From Octopus vulgaris (taxonomy: Eukaryota), in the NCBI GenBank assembly GCA_951406725.2, contig OX597820.1, positions 43,214,001-43,278,000 of the forward strand: DNA of 64,000 nucleotides. The letters are read 5' to 3'. Below the pieces are notes generated by a model. That model searched no databases. It had not been told where the DNA came from and was given only the letters and a program-made list of their open reading frames with translations. Position 1 is the stretch's first letter, and each line of letters opens with the position of its first letter. Positions 14,958-28,189 of this stretch are shown here, piece by piece. A program made the position numbers and the translations under genes.

Positions 14958-16019
14958 TTAGGCAAATGTGTGAACGAATACAAGACAATTTTTCTACTCC
15001 TCTAAGTTTTCTGCTACTCTTACCACATTTATCTCTCATGAAATGTATTGATACCAGTGTCGTGGAATGATTACTAAGTGAAATCGAAACTGAGTTCTAA
15101 ATATGGCAAACAGGGACATTAACACTTTACTACGTAGCCCTCCATCTAACTACGTCTTTATTAATATTCATTGAACCAACAAAGAAAGAAAAGTAAAAAA
15201 AACAATCTGAATTGAATTAAAGAAAACAAATCAATAATATTTGTTCACAATGTATTAACTTGGAAAAAAGAGATCTATATCTTTAGGTTTAATTAGAAGG
15301 AGCTGTGCGAGAATATAAATTAGAATAGCAAGTGATATAATTCTGTAATTTTCTCGACCAACTGCTGGTTTTCGAAATTTGTCTTCACTTCAAGTGCAAA
15401 GGGGTTAGATTTACGAAAAAGAAAATGCCTAACATAGTTATGGAAATACCAATTTAGTTGCCATTACTTCTGCAAGCGATTAATAAATCAACACCAACGA
15501 TAATAATGAAGAATGAATATTTAAAATACTTTAAAATTTTAATAACCACGCCAACGGAGCCGTATTGATTTGATTATGTAAGATATGGTTCTGTTCTATA
15601 TTGAGAATTATGGAACAAATTTAGTACGATCTCACAATATTCATACATTTCTATTTTATTTGACAAAATTTTAATGTATTCCTATTTCGTTATAGGACAC
15701 ATTTTAAAATAAGATACGCGTGCAAAATTTTTGTGAGTGTATGTGTATGCTGAAAATGAATGTGCCACAGCCTCTTCGACAAAACGGAGTCAGTTGTTCC
15801 GCCAGATAATGGACCTCTTCAGAATATACGAGTAAGTGACATTCCACAAACACGTGTAAATTTAAGCAATTCTCATAATCAGGATCAGCGAGTGTGTGAC
15901 AAAGCTGTGCCTTTTGAGTTACAAGTACTATCATCCTGTGTGCTTCTATAAAGATTCGGACTCCCTGGATTTAGACAGAGATGATTGGCTTTCGAACTGA
16001 CGATGTCCTGATTACGAAG

Positions 16020-16390
16020 CAAACTTGAAGTTGATCCAAGTTACGGACGTCCTGCAAGTGCCACCAACGAAGGAAAATTGCTCATTTTCACCAAATTGTG
16101 ATGTATAATTAACTTTAAATCTGGCTATTAACTTTAAATGTAATATTCAATGCTATTAGCATATCCCGTGAGAGAACCGAGAATATTCTATACAGTCACC
16201 TTGGCATGATAAAGCTCTCTATTGGATAGGTTCCAGGACCTCTGACTCCTGATTAAAATGCGCCAGGCTGATCACATCTCAGCAAAATATGCAGGTCCTG
16301 TTAGTTTCCTTGGAAGTTTCCTAACCGAATGTTAGTTTCATCACTTTGAGTCAGGGACAAATAGACAATCCTTACAGTGGACACACGCCA
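16020..16390 (+). mobile_element. Degenerate mariner transposase fragment
   Basis: Translates to NLEVDPSYGRPASAT, AISISRERTENILYSHLGM, *VPGPLTPD (WVPRLLT-like) and FHHFESGTNRQSLQWTH. Confidence 0.75.
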
Positions 16391-16714
16391 CCTCACTTTT
16401 TGGTCACATACTATGATATACGATGAGAACTCCGATAGAATCAGGTACTTGAAAAGGTATGCACCAAGTAAGATTGGGTAATATCTGTGGTTCTAACCTA
16501 TGGATGGTGAGAGACGAAATTTCAGATAGTATATTTCGGTTGTGTACACAGAGAAAACCAACCCTATGAATATTCAACGGCTAAGGCGCTAGTCCAAATT
16601 ACGCATAACTTTGAATAGTACGATGTTGGTATACACTAGGTTATCTGACAATTCGTAAATCCCTTGGTACATTGTAAATCTCTTGGTATATTGTAATCAA
16701 ATGAATAATAAATT

Positions 16715-16858
16715 AGGCGCAGGAGTAGCTGTGCGGTACGTGGCTTGATAATCAACCATATGGTTCCAGGTTCAGTCCCATCGCATTGCACATAGGGCAA
16801 GTGTCTTCTACTATATCATCGGGCCGACCAAAGACTTTTGAGTGAATTTGATAGACGT
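16715..16858 (+). mobile_element. SINE family A head
   Basis: aggcgcaggagtagctgtgcggta...ggttcagtcccat...gggcaagtgtcttctactata...gggccgaccaaagac. Confidence 0.8.
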
Positions 16859-16887
16859 ATGAATGTGTATGTATGTATATATGTATG

Positions 16888-16924
<37 letters not shown>

Positions 16925-16926
<2 letters not shown>

Positions 16927-18629
16927 CTCACTTACGGATAATGAAAAAGACTACATTACCAATTTCGAACCAAAACCCAGCAACATCTACGGCTTACCGA
17001 AAATACATAAATCAAAAGAGATTCAACAGGCAGTAAAAGAACAAGAAAGTGAGTACATAAAATTACTACATCCAAAAAACCTAAAACTTAAACCTATTAT
17101 AGCTGGTCCAGCATGCCCTACCCACCGTCTAAGCAATTTTATTGACATTGTTTTGAAACCACTATGTACTTACATACCCAGTTTCATCAGGGATGACATC
17201 GACTACCTGTCCCATCTTCCCAAAACAACAGAAACAAATTCAGTTTTACCAAGTTTTGATGTGGTAAGCCTCTACACCAATATTCCACACGATTTAGGAA
17301 TATAGGCGATTAAATACTAGTTAGAAAAACATAGAGAAGTGACTCCCAGCAGATTCACAGTGCCATTTATATTAGACACAGTCAAACATATTCTAGAAAA
17401 CAACACATTCTTCTTCAATGGAAAGAATTACATCCAAATTAGAGGCACGGCGATGGGAACGAGGTTTGCTCCCGTTGACGCCAACTCTGTAATGGGATAC
17501 TTAGAACAACAACTCTACCAAGAGGTGGAGGTAAACTATGGCACTGGATTTAGAAAGCATATTGAAAAAGCATGGAAGAGATACCTAGACGACTGCTTCA
17601 TAATCTGGACAGAATCTCTAAATACTCTGGAAGAGTTCAATATCCTCCTGAACAACCTACACTCATCTCTCCAATTTACAAAGGAGATGAGTAGTACCAA
17701 ATTACCATTCCTAGATATAATGGTAATTAAAAAAGACACCACCATCACCACAGATATATACTATAAACACACAGACACACATCAATACCTAAATTTTAAG
17801 TCGTGCCTATCCACCACATACAAAACGTAACATCCCATACTGACTAGCCAGAAGAATTTGTACCATTGTAGAAGATGCAAATATCAGGAACAAACGCCTA
17901 ATAGAACTAAGAGAATTTTTGCTCAAACAAAAATACCCATCTCTACTTATAGAAAATGGCATACAGCAGGCTATAAAAATACCCATACAACAACTTAGGA
18001 CAACCCAAGGAAGAGGAAAACAAGAACAAGTCATACCATTCATAGTGACACACAACCCATGTCACCAGAATATCTTCAACATTGCCAAAGCAAACCTACC
18101 AATCATTGCCCAAAGTAATGAATTAAAAGACATAATCACGGATCGAGCTATAGTGCTTAGTAAAAGACAGCTTAAAAACTTGAAAACATTACTAAGAAAG
18201 GCAAAATTTGACCTTAGCAACAAAGACCAAACATTCACTGTATCTAAATGCAATGATAGCCGATGTGGCACATGCCAATTCATACATACCGGCCAATATA
18301 TAAACACAAAAACCGGGAAAATATTCACAAACGCGAATATGAACTGCAAAAGCAGAAATTTAATTTACTGCATCAAATGCCCAAATTGTGAAGAAATATA
18401 TGTAGGTCAGACGGGAAACGCACTATCAGAACGCTCACGTGTACACCGGTAACAGATTAGAGACCCAGAGGTCCGTCAGATACCTTTGAGTAACCACCTA
18501 GCAACATGTGGCCGGAAAATGTATATAATATTTCCGTTCTACAAATTACACAGCCCAAGTGAAATCGAGAGGAAAATCAGAGAAAAGAATTTTATTGATA
18601 AATTCAAACCCAAGCTAAATAAGCAATAA
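16925..18629 (+). pseudogene. Disrupted PLE RT/GIY-YIG ORF
   Basis: In-frame stops near 17303, 17318 and 18450 and a frameshift near 17810-17830. The reading frame continues HR*QIRDPE...REKNFIDKFKPKLNKQ* to 18629. Confidence 0.9.
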
Positions 18630-19300
18630 TAATAATACTTAGAGGTACTACTTCTACTGCTACGACCATGACCACTAACAACAACAACAATACTAAAGGT
18701 GATCAAGATGAAGATAGCAGGAAAATTATCTTATTTAGGGTTAAAAGTTCTATTGCCACCACCATCACCACTAGCAACAATAATTAAGGTGCTGACAATG
18801 ATGATGATGACAATTGAAATATAAAAATATAAAAATCTCTGACAAAGGATATTTACAACATTTCTAAAATAACCCAACAATTGCTGCTTCGGCCAGGGTC
18901 AAGATACAGGACTCTTGACATGTCCAACAAAGCGTGACGCCTAAACCAATCAGCTTAAGTAATTGAGTGATACTACACGCTGATTGGTCAGAATACAGTT
19001 TGAAAAACCTAGCACTCTGGAGCCTACCCAGCTGTATTTATGGCACTGAATCAATCATCTTGCTACAGTCAAAAATTGTGAAGCATGACTGTCACCACTA
19101 CTACATGAACGCGAAGATTGCAGAATTTAATGCATGAAAGTACTAGTTCAATCAGAACGAACATTTAACATTCTACTATTTTATTTTATTTTATTCTATT
19201 ATAATATTTTATCTTATAATATATCATTATAAGATTGTAAATAAAACGTGAAAATCAGACAAGGTTGGAATTCCTTTTATTAATATATTCTTCTATACAC
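16925..19300 (+). mobile_element. Penelope-like element (PLE), probably Neptune-type, 5'-truncated, flanked by (TA)n
   Basis: RT motifs YGLPKIHK, SFDVVSLYTNIP, GTAMGT, WKRYLDDCF, LPFLDI, YYKHTDT. Cys linker CNDSRCGTC. GIY-YIG region NLIYCIKCPNCEEIYVGQTG. About 670 bp of 3' non-coding sequence. Confidence 0.93.
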
Positions 19301-19319
19301 AATCACACACACACCCATA

Positions 19320-19453
<134 letters not shown>

Positions 19454-20279
19454 ATCAGTTACCAGTAGGTGCAGTACATTATTCCTATTAAAGACTGTAA
19501 AAGAAGAGTGTATACACTCTTTAATACATAATACATATACATACATACATACATACATATATACATATATATGTACGTACGTATGCACATGTGTGTATAA
19601 ATAAGTAGATGCATACACACACATACACACACACATATATATATACATACACGCACACACACGGAGAGATTGAGAGGGACATTAGATGATATCCAGAGAT
19701 GCTCAATATAGAAAACATAGGATTTGTACTCTGGAATCCTTACATATATTATATGTTGATTCGCCGAAAAGTGAAAAAGTATGGAACTCAATATAGAGTT
19801 CCTGTTTTTGTGATGTGTATGTAGCCGTGTACATTTATGTGCATGCATGTATGTAAAATCTAAGCAAATGTTTTAAATTCAAAGAAACTTTGTCTGCTAT
19901 ATTAATTCCGTGAAGAATGTTGTTTATCATTTAGAAATGGTATATACTAAATTATCAATTTAAGATAATTTACATCGCACTGTATTCGTAGAACAGTTAG
20001 TAATTGGCTAAGGAAGTAATTTCTAAAAACTTATTAATTAGTGTTTTGTAACATTCCACTATATATTCATATATGAATAATACTTGAGTATCATAATATC
20101 TATTATTTAAACCAAATCATTTTAATATGAATGTGAATCTTACGTGTAACACTCTACAGCGACAAATATATCTAAGTGATATTAAAAATACGCCGCTGCC
20201 TTATTATGATTGTTCTAACGCCATAGTTTTACTTTCTGTTTTCTAGAAGAATCTTCTTTGTTTTAGGTATATTTATAAA

Positions 20280-20415
20280 GACGAAGAGCTCTGCTCGAAA
20301 CGTTAAATCCTCCTTTTTCCTTATCGTTTCGAGCGGAGCTCTTCATCAGAAACTTAGGAAAAGGAAGGATCCAAGGAAGGGTAGATGGAAGGAAAAAATC
20401 GCCAATGATACACAT
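20280..20415. repeat. Short PLE-terminal-like repeat fragments with an inverted pair of minimal HHR motifs
   Basis: gacgaagagctctgctcgaaacgttaaa on +, and tttctgatgaagagctccgctcgaaacg on -. Confidence 0.6.
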
Positions 20416-20424
20416 ACTGAGTGG

Positions 20425-20571
<147 letters not shown>

Positions 20572-21917
20572 CAGATATTTATACACTCTTGCGTGTGTGT
20601 ATGGGAAATACAACTATACTTTGTGTCTATATCCACGGTATTAAGACTACCAGCCCGAATTTAGCTTGTTGACGATTAAAGGTATCAGGAATCTTTACAT
20701 AAAAGGTCGAAATTTCTAAAGTTTCCTCACCAGCACAAACCTATGAAAGTCAATGCTTCTTTTTTCTTTTAAGTTTGTTTTATTGCTTAAGTGTTATATA
20801 TATTTTTTCACTCTACTGAAGTTATTCAGTAACGGTCTCAACATATACAGTCATTTTCATGCAGTTATATACTTATGTACTTACGCACTGAGAATCCTAC
20901 TTAAGAAATTTCCCCTTCCTCACGCCTAGTCTTAACACCTTTATCACTATCTACGCAATGTATCGTTATTTCTCCCTTTCAGTCACATTTCACTTTTCGC
21001 TATTCTTTCCCTCTTAATTATTTCTATTCCTTTTTTCCTTTCTCTCCCGCTATCATTCCCCACTTCTCCTTCAGATTACAAGTCTCAATTTTCTCACGGT
21101 ATTTCTTGATTTTTCTTCTCATACAGTATTAATTGTCTCCTTTTCTCTCTTGGTACACTCAGATACAATATTTTCCAATGACTTTTGTTCAAATAACTAT
21201 TTTTGATGCAATTTATCCTTTTCCCAAAGTTGATGCTATATAATTTTGGTCTTTGACATTCGACGAAAATTTCAATATTACAGATTCCAATGTTTTAGTG
21301 GTAGACACTTAAATATATGTAATTTTCGTATCCTTTAGGTTGAGTGCTTTGCCTCTACGATATTTCACATTGCTGTTGTTTTTTCTTTCGTTTTACTATT
21401 TCGGGTGAAATGTGGATGCCATCCATACCTAATTTTTATACTTACATATGTGTATACACACACACACACACATGTATATATATATTTATATGTATACATA
21501 TATTTATATATATTTATATATGTATATGTATATATATATATGCATGTCTGTGTGTGTATGTATATATGCATTTATATAGTATGTATATATGTATTTATAT
21601 ATTTGTGTTGGTCTCGGTCTGTCTGTGTCAGCGTTTCTCCACCCACTATCGCTTGGTAACCGATGTTCTACAATTTTTTTCTCTCTCACTCTCTCCTCTC
21701 TTTCTCACTCTCTCTCTTTCTCTTTTTCTCTCTATCTCTCAGTGTCTTTCTACCTTTATCTCCTTTTTTTACTCTCCTAGTTTTTTTTCTGTGTCCCTTT
21801 CTGTACAAGAGCGTTGGCTCGAAACGTAAAATACTTTTTCAATTTCTGGGCGTTATACTAATACATCTGTTTGTTTTGTACACCACCTGTCTTCGTCATT
21901 TTTTTTTTGTGAACTCT

Positions 21918-21989
<72 letters not shown>

Positions 21990-21990
<1 letters not shown>

Positions 21991-23950
21991 GAAAAGGAGA
22001 GAGCAGATAAAGAAGCTTGGGTAATATAAAATATAAAATCAAACCCTAAAGCTTTATTTAAGTTTGCCAAAGAGACAGCCACAGTGCACCAGAGAATAGG
22101 ACCTCTCTTCCAAAAAGATGGCTCTCTCACAGGAAATCCCACGAGGATAAGTGAAATACTGAACGAACAATTCCAAAGTGTGTTCACTACACCTCTAGGA
22201 CACAGGCAAGTAAACAACCCAGAAGAATTCTTTGACACTTTACCTGCGGCCAAACAGGCAAAAATTGAGTACATCAACATCGAAGATGATGATATCCCAC
22301 TAGCCATAGATGAGATTGACGCAAACTCAGCTGATGGACCTGACGGATTTCCAGCGATCCTTCTCAAATCGTGCAAACGAGCCCTTGCAAAACCGCTACA
22401 GCTTCTTTTTCAGAGCTTTCTTGCAAGTGGTAAGCTCCCAGTCAAATTGAAAGGGGTAATATGCAGAGTAGATGCTAAACATTATAGGCCTATCTCTCTG
22501 ACCTCACACTTCAGCAAAGTCTTGGAACGAATAGTCCGTAAGAAACTAATCATGTTCCTTGAAGAAAATGACTTGCTGTCTGACACCCAGCATGGATTTC
22601 GACCAGGTAGAAGCTGCCTAACACAGCTCCTGCAACACTATGACTGGGTGTTGAAACAGCTACTAAATTGCTCAAATGTGGATGTAATATATCTCGACTT
22701 TGCAAAAGCCTTTGATAAAGTCGACCATGGTATGATCTGTCATAAACTGCGTGGTCTCGGCATAGGTGGAAAACTTGGAGAGTGGCTGCACAACTTCCTA
22801 AAAGACAGAAGACAGGCAGTTGTAAGCAATGGAGCCACCTCCAAAGAAACACAAATAACAAGCGGTGTCCCACAGGTCACTGTCTTGGGGCCACTGCTGT
22901 TCATAGTGGCCCTTTCAGACATGCCTTCAGTTGCTACGATGGCCACCCTTGCTAGCTATGCAAATGACACAAAGGTCTCTCACACAATACTAAACCCTGA
23001 AAATATTGCGCACCTGCAACAGTAGTTGGACACAATATACAGGTGGGCTTAGGACAACAACATGCAATTTAATGCAGGTAAGTTTCAGGCCCTGCGCTAC
23101 CAGCACACAAAGGTAAACGACGTGCAGACTGGATACACTGGCCCAGGAAGAATTGCAATCCCTGAGTCAAAATCAGTGCGTGACCTGGGCATTGACATGA
23201 GCAATGATGCATCTTTCCAAGTGCATATTACTAATCTGGTGATAAAATGCAGACGGCTAGCTGGATGGATTCTCCGAACTTTCAGAACAAGAGAGAAGGA
23301 GACACTGATGGTCCTATGGAAAACATTCGTCCTCAGCCGCTTGGACTACTGCTCCCAACTATGGTCACCACACAATATAAAACTAACAGCAGAACTCGAA
23401 GCAATTCAGAGAAGCTACACAAAGAAAATCGTCTGAATGCCAAATATCAGCTACTGGGAAAGACTGAAAGTATTAAACCTCTTCTCCCTAGAGCGGAGGC
23501 GGGAGAGATATGCGGTGATATACATCTGGAAAATCCTGGAGGGTCTTGTCCCAAACTTTGGCATTCAAAGTTACCCCAACCGCAGAACGGGGGCCACTGC
23601 ATGGTGCCAAAGATTCCAACATCACCATCAAAATACAGGTCCAGATACTGCAACAGCTTGGGTTTCAGAGGACCACAGCTCTTTAACATCCTCCCTAAAT
23701 GCCTGAGAGACTTCCATGGTGTGGATGTGGGCTTCTTTAAAACTAAACTGGATCTCTTCTTGTCGGGAGTCCCAGATGAACCTACATCACGACAGGAGAC
23801 GCAGATGCGGGCAGCAGTAACGAACTCCCTTGTTGATCAAGTGCCACGTATCAGAGGTGGATTCACATATTAGTGTAGCTCATTCAGCGGTTGTGCCCCA
23901 CCATGGCCGCGGCCTTCGAGCTAAAATATTTTTAAGGATTTCAGGATTTA
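21990..23950 (+). mobile_element. CR1/L2-group LINE, 5'-truncated ORF2 plus 3' UTR, flanked by (TA)n
   Basis: YRPISLTSHFSKVLERIV, QHGFRPGRSCLTQLL, DVIYLDFAKAFDKVDH, SGVPQVTVLGPLLF, YAND (YADD mutated), LDYCSQLWSP, SLERRRERY. Stops near 23023, 23049 and 23434, frameshift near 23590, ORF end at 23873. Confidence 0.92.
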
Positions 23951-23953
23951 TAT

Positions 23954-23994
<41 letters not shown>

Positions 23995-24112
23995 GTTAAT
24001 CCAAACAAGAAAATACAAAAAAACACAACAACGCGAGGACGTGGAACAAATATAGTATTATTGGACGCCCAGCAAAGAAGGGAAGAAGCAGGGTCTAACG
24101 TTTCGACCGAAG
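23995..24112 (-). repeat. 3' part of the short PLE-terminal-like repeat seen at 20280
   Basis: Minus strand ggtcgaaacgttagaccctgcttcttccctt...gtttggattaac, then (TA)n. Confidence 0.5.
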
Positions 24113-24131
24113 ATATATATACATATATATA

Positions 24132-24325
24132 TTTGTATGATTTGCGATCTGCTACATCACGCTGGTATATATTTACGTACACACACAAACATACACACAC
24201 ACAAACACACACACACACATAAATTAGATATTTGTGAATGTCTACGTAAATACATATGTGCGTAAATATATACACTCACACATAAATAAGTAGATGTGTG
24301 TGCGTGTGTGCTTGTGTGTGTATAT

Positions 24326-24358
<33 letters not shown>

Positions 24359-24400
24359 AATATATATGTGCGTGATGTAACAGACCGCAGATCATGCAAA
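24132..24400. mobile_element. Foldback/MITE-like unit with ~45-bp imperfect terminal inverted repeats plus mirrored (CA)n/(TG)n
   Basis: Left tttgtatgatttgcgatctgctacatcacgctggtatatatttac. Right (reverse complement) tttgcatgatctgcggtctgttacatcacgcacatatatatttac. Confidence 0.65.
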
Positions 24401-25245
24401 ATATTTTATACTCGGACGATATATCACAGAAATTCAACTCTTTGAAATATAGAAGTTGTAGATATAATGAATTTTATCACCAAAACTTTTTCGACATAAT
24501 CATAAAATATTATTTTCTTTTACATAGATTCATATATTTGTCCATCATTACATTGCTATTCTTATTATTTCTTCTAGCCAAGATATATCGATTTTAATCA
24601 AGAAATATGTAACCTATTTGTTGTAAACTGAAGTAATAACGAAAAGTAAAAATAGTCGCACTTTAAATAACATGTAAGCTATAATGTTCAGAAGGATGCG
24701 TTTCTGTTCTTTTATTTATTTATTTTTTTCAATATTTCTGTTAGTTTTACCAATTTTAATCATCACTTTATATTCTTGATTTTGTTGTTTAATCTATATT
24801 CGCTTCTTGTTATTTGCTTCTTTGTTTATTTGAATTTCAAAGCTAAAATTAGCATCAGCATTTATTCCGAACTTGTGTTGAGGGATAATTAAATATGAGA
24901 AAGTCGAGAATGATGAAACAAATAAACAAGGAAGCCCAAAAAATAATAAATAAACATACAAAGAAAACGATACTCAAGAGCAAAAACAGGGAATGCATAT
25001 ATTGTTTTTTGTTTCGATTTTTGTTTTGTTTACATATTCCGTTTAAATGAAATTTCCTTTTCTTTTTTTTTTTATTTCATTCAGCACAATTATTTTGCAT
25101 TATGATATTAATTTTTAAAGTTTAATAAATGTAAAAAATGCAATAAAGCGTCAAGTCAACAACACAAAAATGTCTCGCTCATACTTGGTCCAAATGCACT
25201 AATTACAACTAGAGAGTAAGTTATCTATTATCATTATTATTTTTA

Positions 25246-25295
<50 letters not shown>

Positions 25296-25316
25296 GAATG
25301 AGAGAGCAGTGCATGC

Positions 25317-25349
<33 letters not shown>

Positions 25350-25846
25350 CATCATTGTTAATATTATTATAATTATTATTATTATTATTATTATTATTAT
25401 CATTATTATCATTAGTAGTAGTAGTAGTAGTAGTAGTTTCTCCATTGCGTACTTTTCACAGTCACGAGCGAGTACATTTCAATGTCATTTGAGTACGAGC
25501 AATGTTCTGTTTTGGTTTGTCGCTTTCTATTGTAGGAAAATTACTCGACTTTAAATGTGTGTGATGCTACTTGTGATAGATTATACATGAATTTGTGTAC
25601 CTCCTCGAAGAATTATATGTAATATGCTGCAGAACTAGCCGGTGGTGCTACTTTCTGAATGTTATGCAAATATGTATGTCCAAATGTATGTTACGTCATA
25701 TCTTTGGGGTTCCTACTAGTAATATTTCTACCTATTGTGTACATGCGCAAATCATTTAGTTTTAGTTATATATAATCATATCAAAGAAGTTATTCTTACA
25801 GATTTTTTATTCCAGTCGACAATTAGGTTAATTCACTTTCCTGAGA

Positions 25847-25877
<31 letters not shown>

Positions 25878-25882
<5 letters not shown>

Positions 25883-27399
25883 TAGTTTTATTTTTATAGC
25901 GTGCTTTCACTTCACTACCGAGCGCAGCTCTGTGTGTCTTGAGTATGTGCTGTGATTTGTTGTGATGCTCTGATGGTTATTGTATGGAAAGTGTTCTGCG
26001 TAGGATGTGTGCAGTGCCTAGTAGTGCAATTTTCTGTATGTTATATGTGTTTGTAAGTCCTGGTGTTTTTGTTATGTATTTGTCTGAATATTTTTTTATC
26101 ATGCCTAATGCACCTACTATGATAGGAATTGTTTCTGTTTTCAGATTCCACATTCTAGTTACCTCTATTTCCAGGTCTTTGTATTTTGAGAGTTTCTCCA
26201 TTTCTTTTAGAGACACGTTGTCATCAGCCGGTATTGATACATCAATTAGAAAGCATTTTTTTTCTTCATGGTCTCTGATAGCTATATCTGGTCTGTTGGC
26301 CTTAATTTCTCTGTCTGTGTGTATCGGCATATCCCAGAGTATGGTTGCTTTCTCGTTTTCTGTGACCTTTTCTGGTGTGTGTCTATACCATCTTTTTTCT
26401 GTTGTTATTCCATAATGTTGGCATAGCTTCCAATGTATGTAAGTTCCAACTCTGTCATGTCTGTGAATATATTCCTTCTTAGCCAGGACTGGGCAGCTAG
26501 AGATAATATGATTTATTGTTTCTTGTCCATCTCCACATATTCTGCAGTTACTTGTAATATTTCTTTTCATTACATGTTTTTGGTAATTTCTGGTGGGGAG
26601 GCTTTGGTCTTGTGCTGCAATTAAAAATCCCTCTGTTTCTGCTTTGAGTCCTGAGCTTCTCAACTATTGCTGGGATTTTTCTTTGTCTATTTCTTTTGCG
26701 TTTAGTTTAGTGCAGTATTTACCATGAAGGGGCTTTTCTTGCCATCGTTTTATCATGGTTCGTTGCTGTTCTATTTTTAGTTTGGATTTCATTTGTTTTA
26801 TAGCTTTTGTTGTTTCTTCATCTTCTTCTTCTTCTTCTTCTTCTTCTTCTTCTTCTTCATGTTTATTAGGTGGTATGATTTCTTGTTTGTATTTGTCAGC
26901 TTCCTTAAATACTGAGAACAGTTTTTTGTTTTGCTCGTGTTTTGCCGCTATGTGGATCAGTTTTCCTTCCTTCTGAAGTAGATATTTTTGCAGTCCTATG
27001 GTGGTTATTTTATAGTAGTTTTCCAGCTGTATAAGGCCTCTCCCACCTTCTATACGTTGTATATATAGTCTTTCTATGTCAGATTTTGGGTGATGCATCC
27101 TAGATCCTGTCATTATTTTTCTTGTTTTCCTATCTATTTTGGTCAGTTCATTTCGTGTCCAGTTAAGGATATTGTAGCTGTAACTTATAACTGGGACAGC
27201 TAAAGTGTTAATACCTATTATCTTGTTTTTAGCATTGAGCTCTGTGTTTATTATTGATCTAACTCGTCTATAATATTCTTTTTTTATTTTCTCTTTCATT
27301 TGTGTGTGTTGTGTCTTATCTAGTTCATGGATTTCTAAGTATTTGTAAGTTTGGCTTTGGTCTAATTCTTTTATTTCATTGGTTTTATCTAGTGTGATG
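25878..27399 (-). mobile_element. R4/Dong-like non-LTR retrotransposon (REL endonuclease), 5'-truncated, in (TAA)n
   Basis: End of RT/thumb (YKYLEI, LAVPVISYSY, GGRGL), KPLHGKY, AAQDQSLPTRNY, CCHC knuckle CRICG..ETINHIISSC, RHD, RPDIAI..LIDVSIP..EKLSKY. Single stop at 26664-26666. (TAA)n on both sides. Confidence 0.93.
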
Positions 27400-27441
27400 T
27401 TATTATTATTATTATTATTGTTATTATTATTATTATTATTA

Positions 27442-27494
<53 letters not shown>

Positions 27495-27540
27495 GTTATT
27501 ACTATTATTATTATTGTTATCATTATTATTATTATTATTA

Positions 27541-28097
27541 TTGAGTGAGAGAGCAGTGCATGCCATGAAAGTAACACTGGGGTAGAATATACGAAGCCCA
27601 GTATACCCATCATGACTACTCGTCTGATAAGTGTACACTAGGCACATGCAACACAATCATATGTGCGCGACATGGTGATCTCACATCGAGATAAACGGCA
27701 CATGACCTTGCAGGTACGGCCTAGTTAGAATTTTCTTCTTGTCAAGTAACCCATCCAGCTCAAAAGGTCCGTGAAAATGGGTTATTTAAGGATGTTGAAC
27801 GGTACATTCATGTTTCCAGAGATGAATTATTAAAACCTCAAAGAATCCCTCTCAACACACGGCTATGATGCTCTCCCACTAATTCTGCTCGTGATCAGAG
27901 ATGCACATATCGTCAGCCACTAAGAGACATGCTCAAATAGTTATGGTCAAACAATTGACAAGCAAATCTATGGTATTGTGCGGAATATTTGCTGTCGCCC
28001 ATATTTTATACCAAGACAAAACACCGTACATGATAACACTTCCTATCAGTTAAAATCAGAAGCAACGAGAACTAGTGCCTGGTACTGCATCGGGGCA
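27541..28097 (-). mobile_element. ~550-bp non-coding TAA-associated element (apparently full length)
   Basis: Bounded by (TTA)n on both sides. Homologous copies at 25294-25318, 28808-28896, 48700-49028, 49892-50345 and 8705-8870. Confidence 0.8.
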
Positions 28098-28181
<84 letters not shown>

Positions 28182-28189
28182 GTTATTAT

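Noticed and set aside
14539-15039. 166-aa non-repetitive minus-strand ORF
   Set aside because: No recognisable motif, and it overlaps the palindrome and SINE relic; likely chance.
28030-28097. Resemblance to U2 snRNA (tatcagttaaaatcaga, cctggtactgca)
   Set aside because: Spacing is incompatible with U2, there is no branch-point-recognition or Sm-site region, and the second copy (28830-28896) loses the match.
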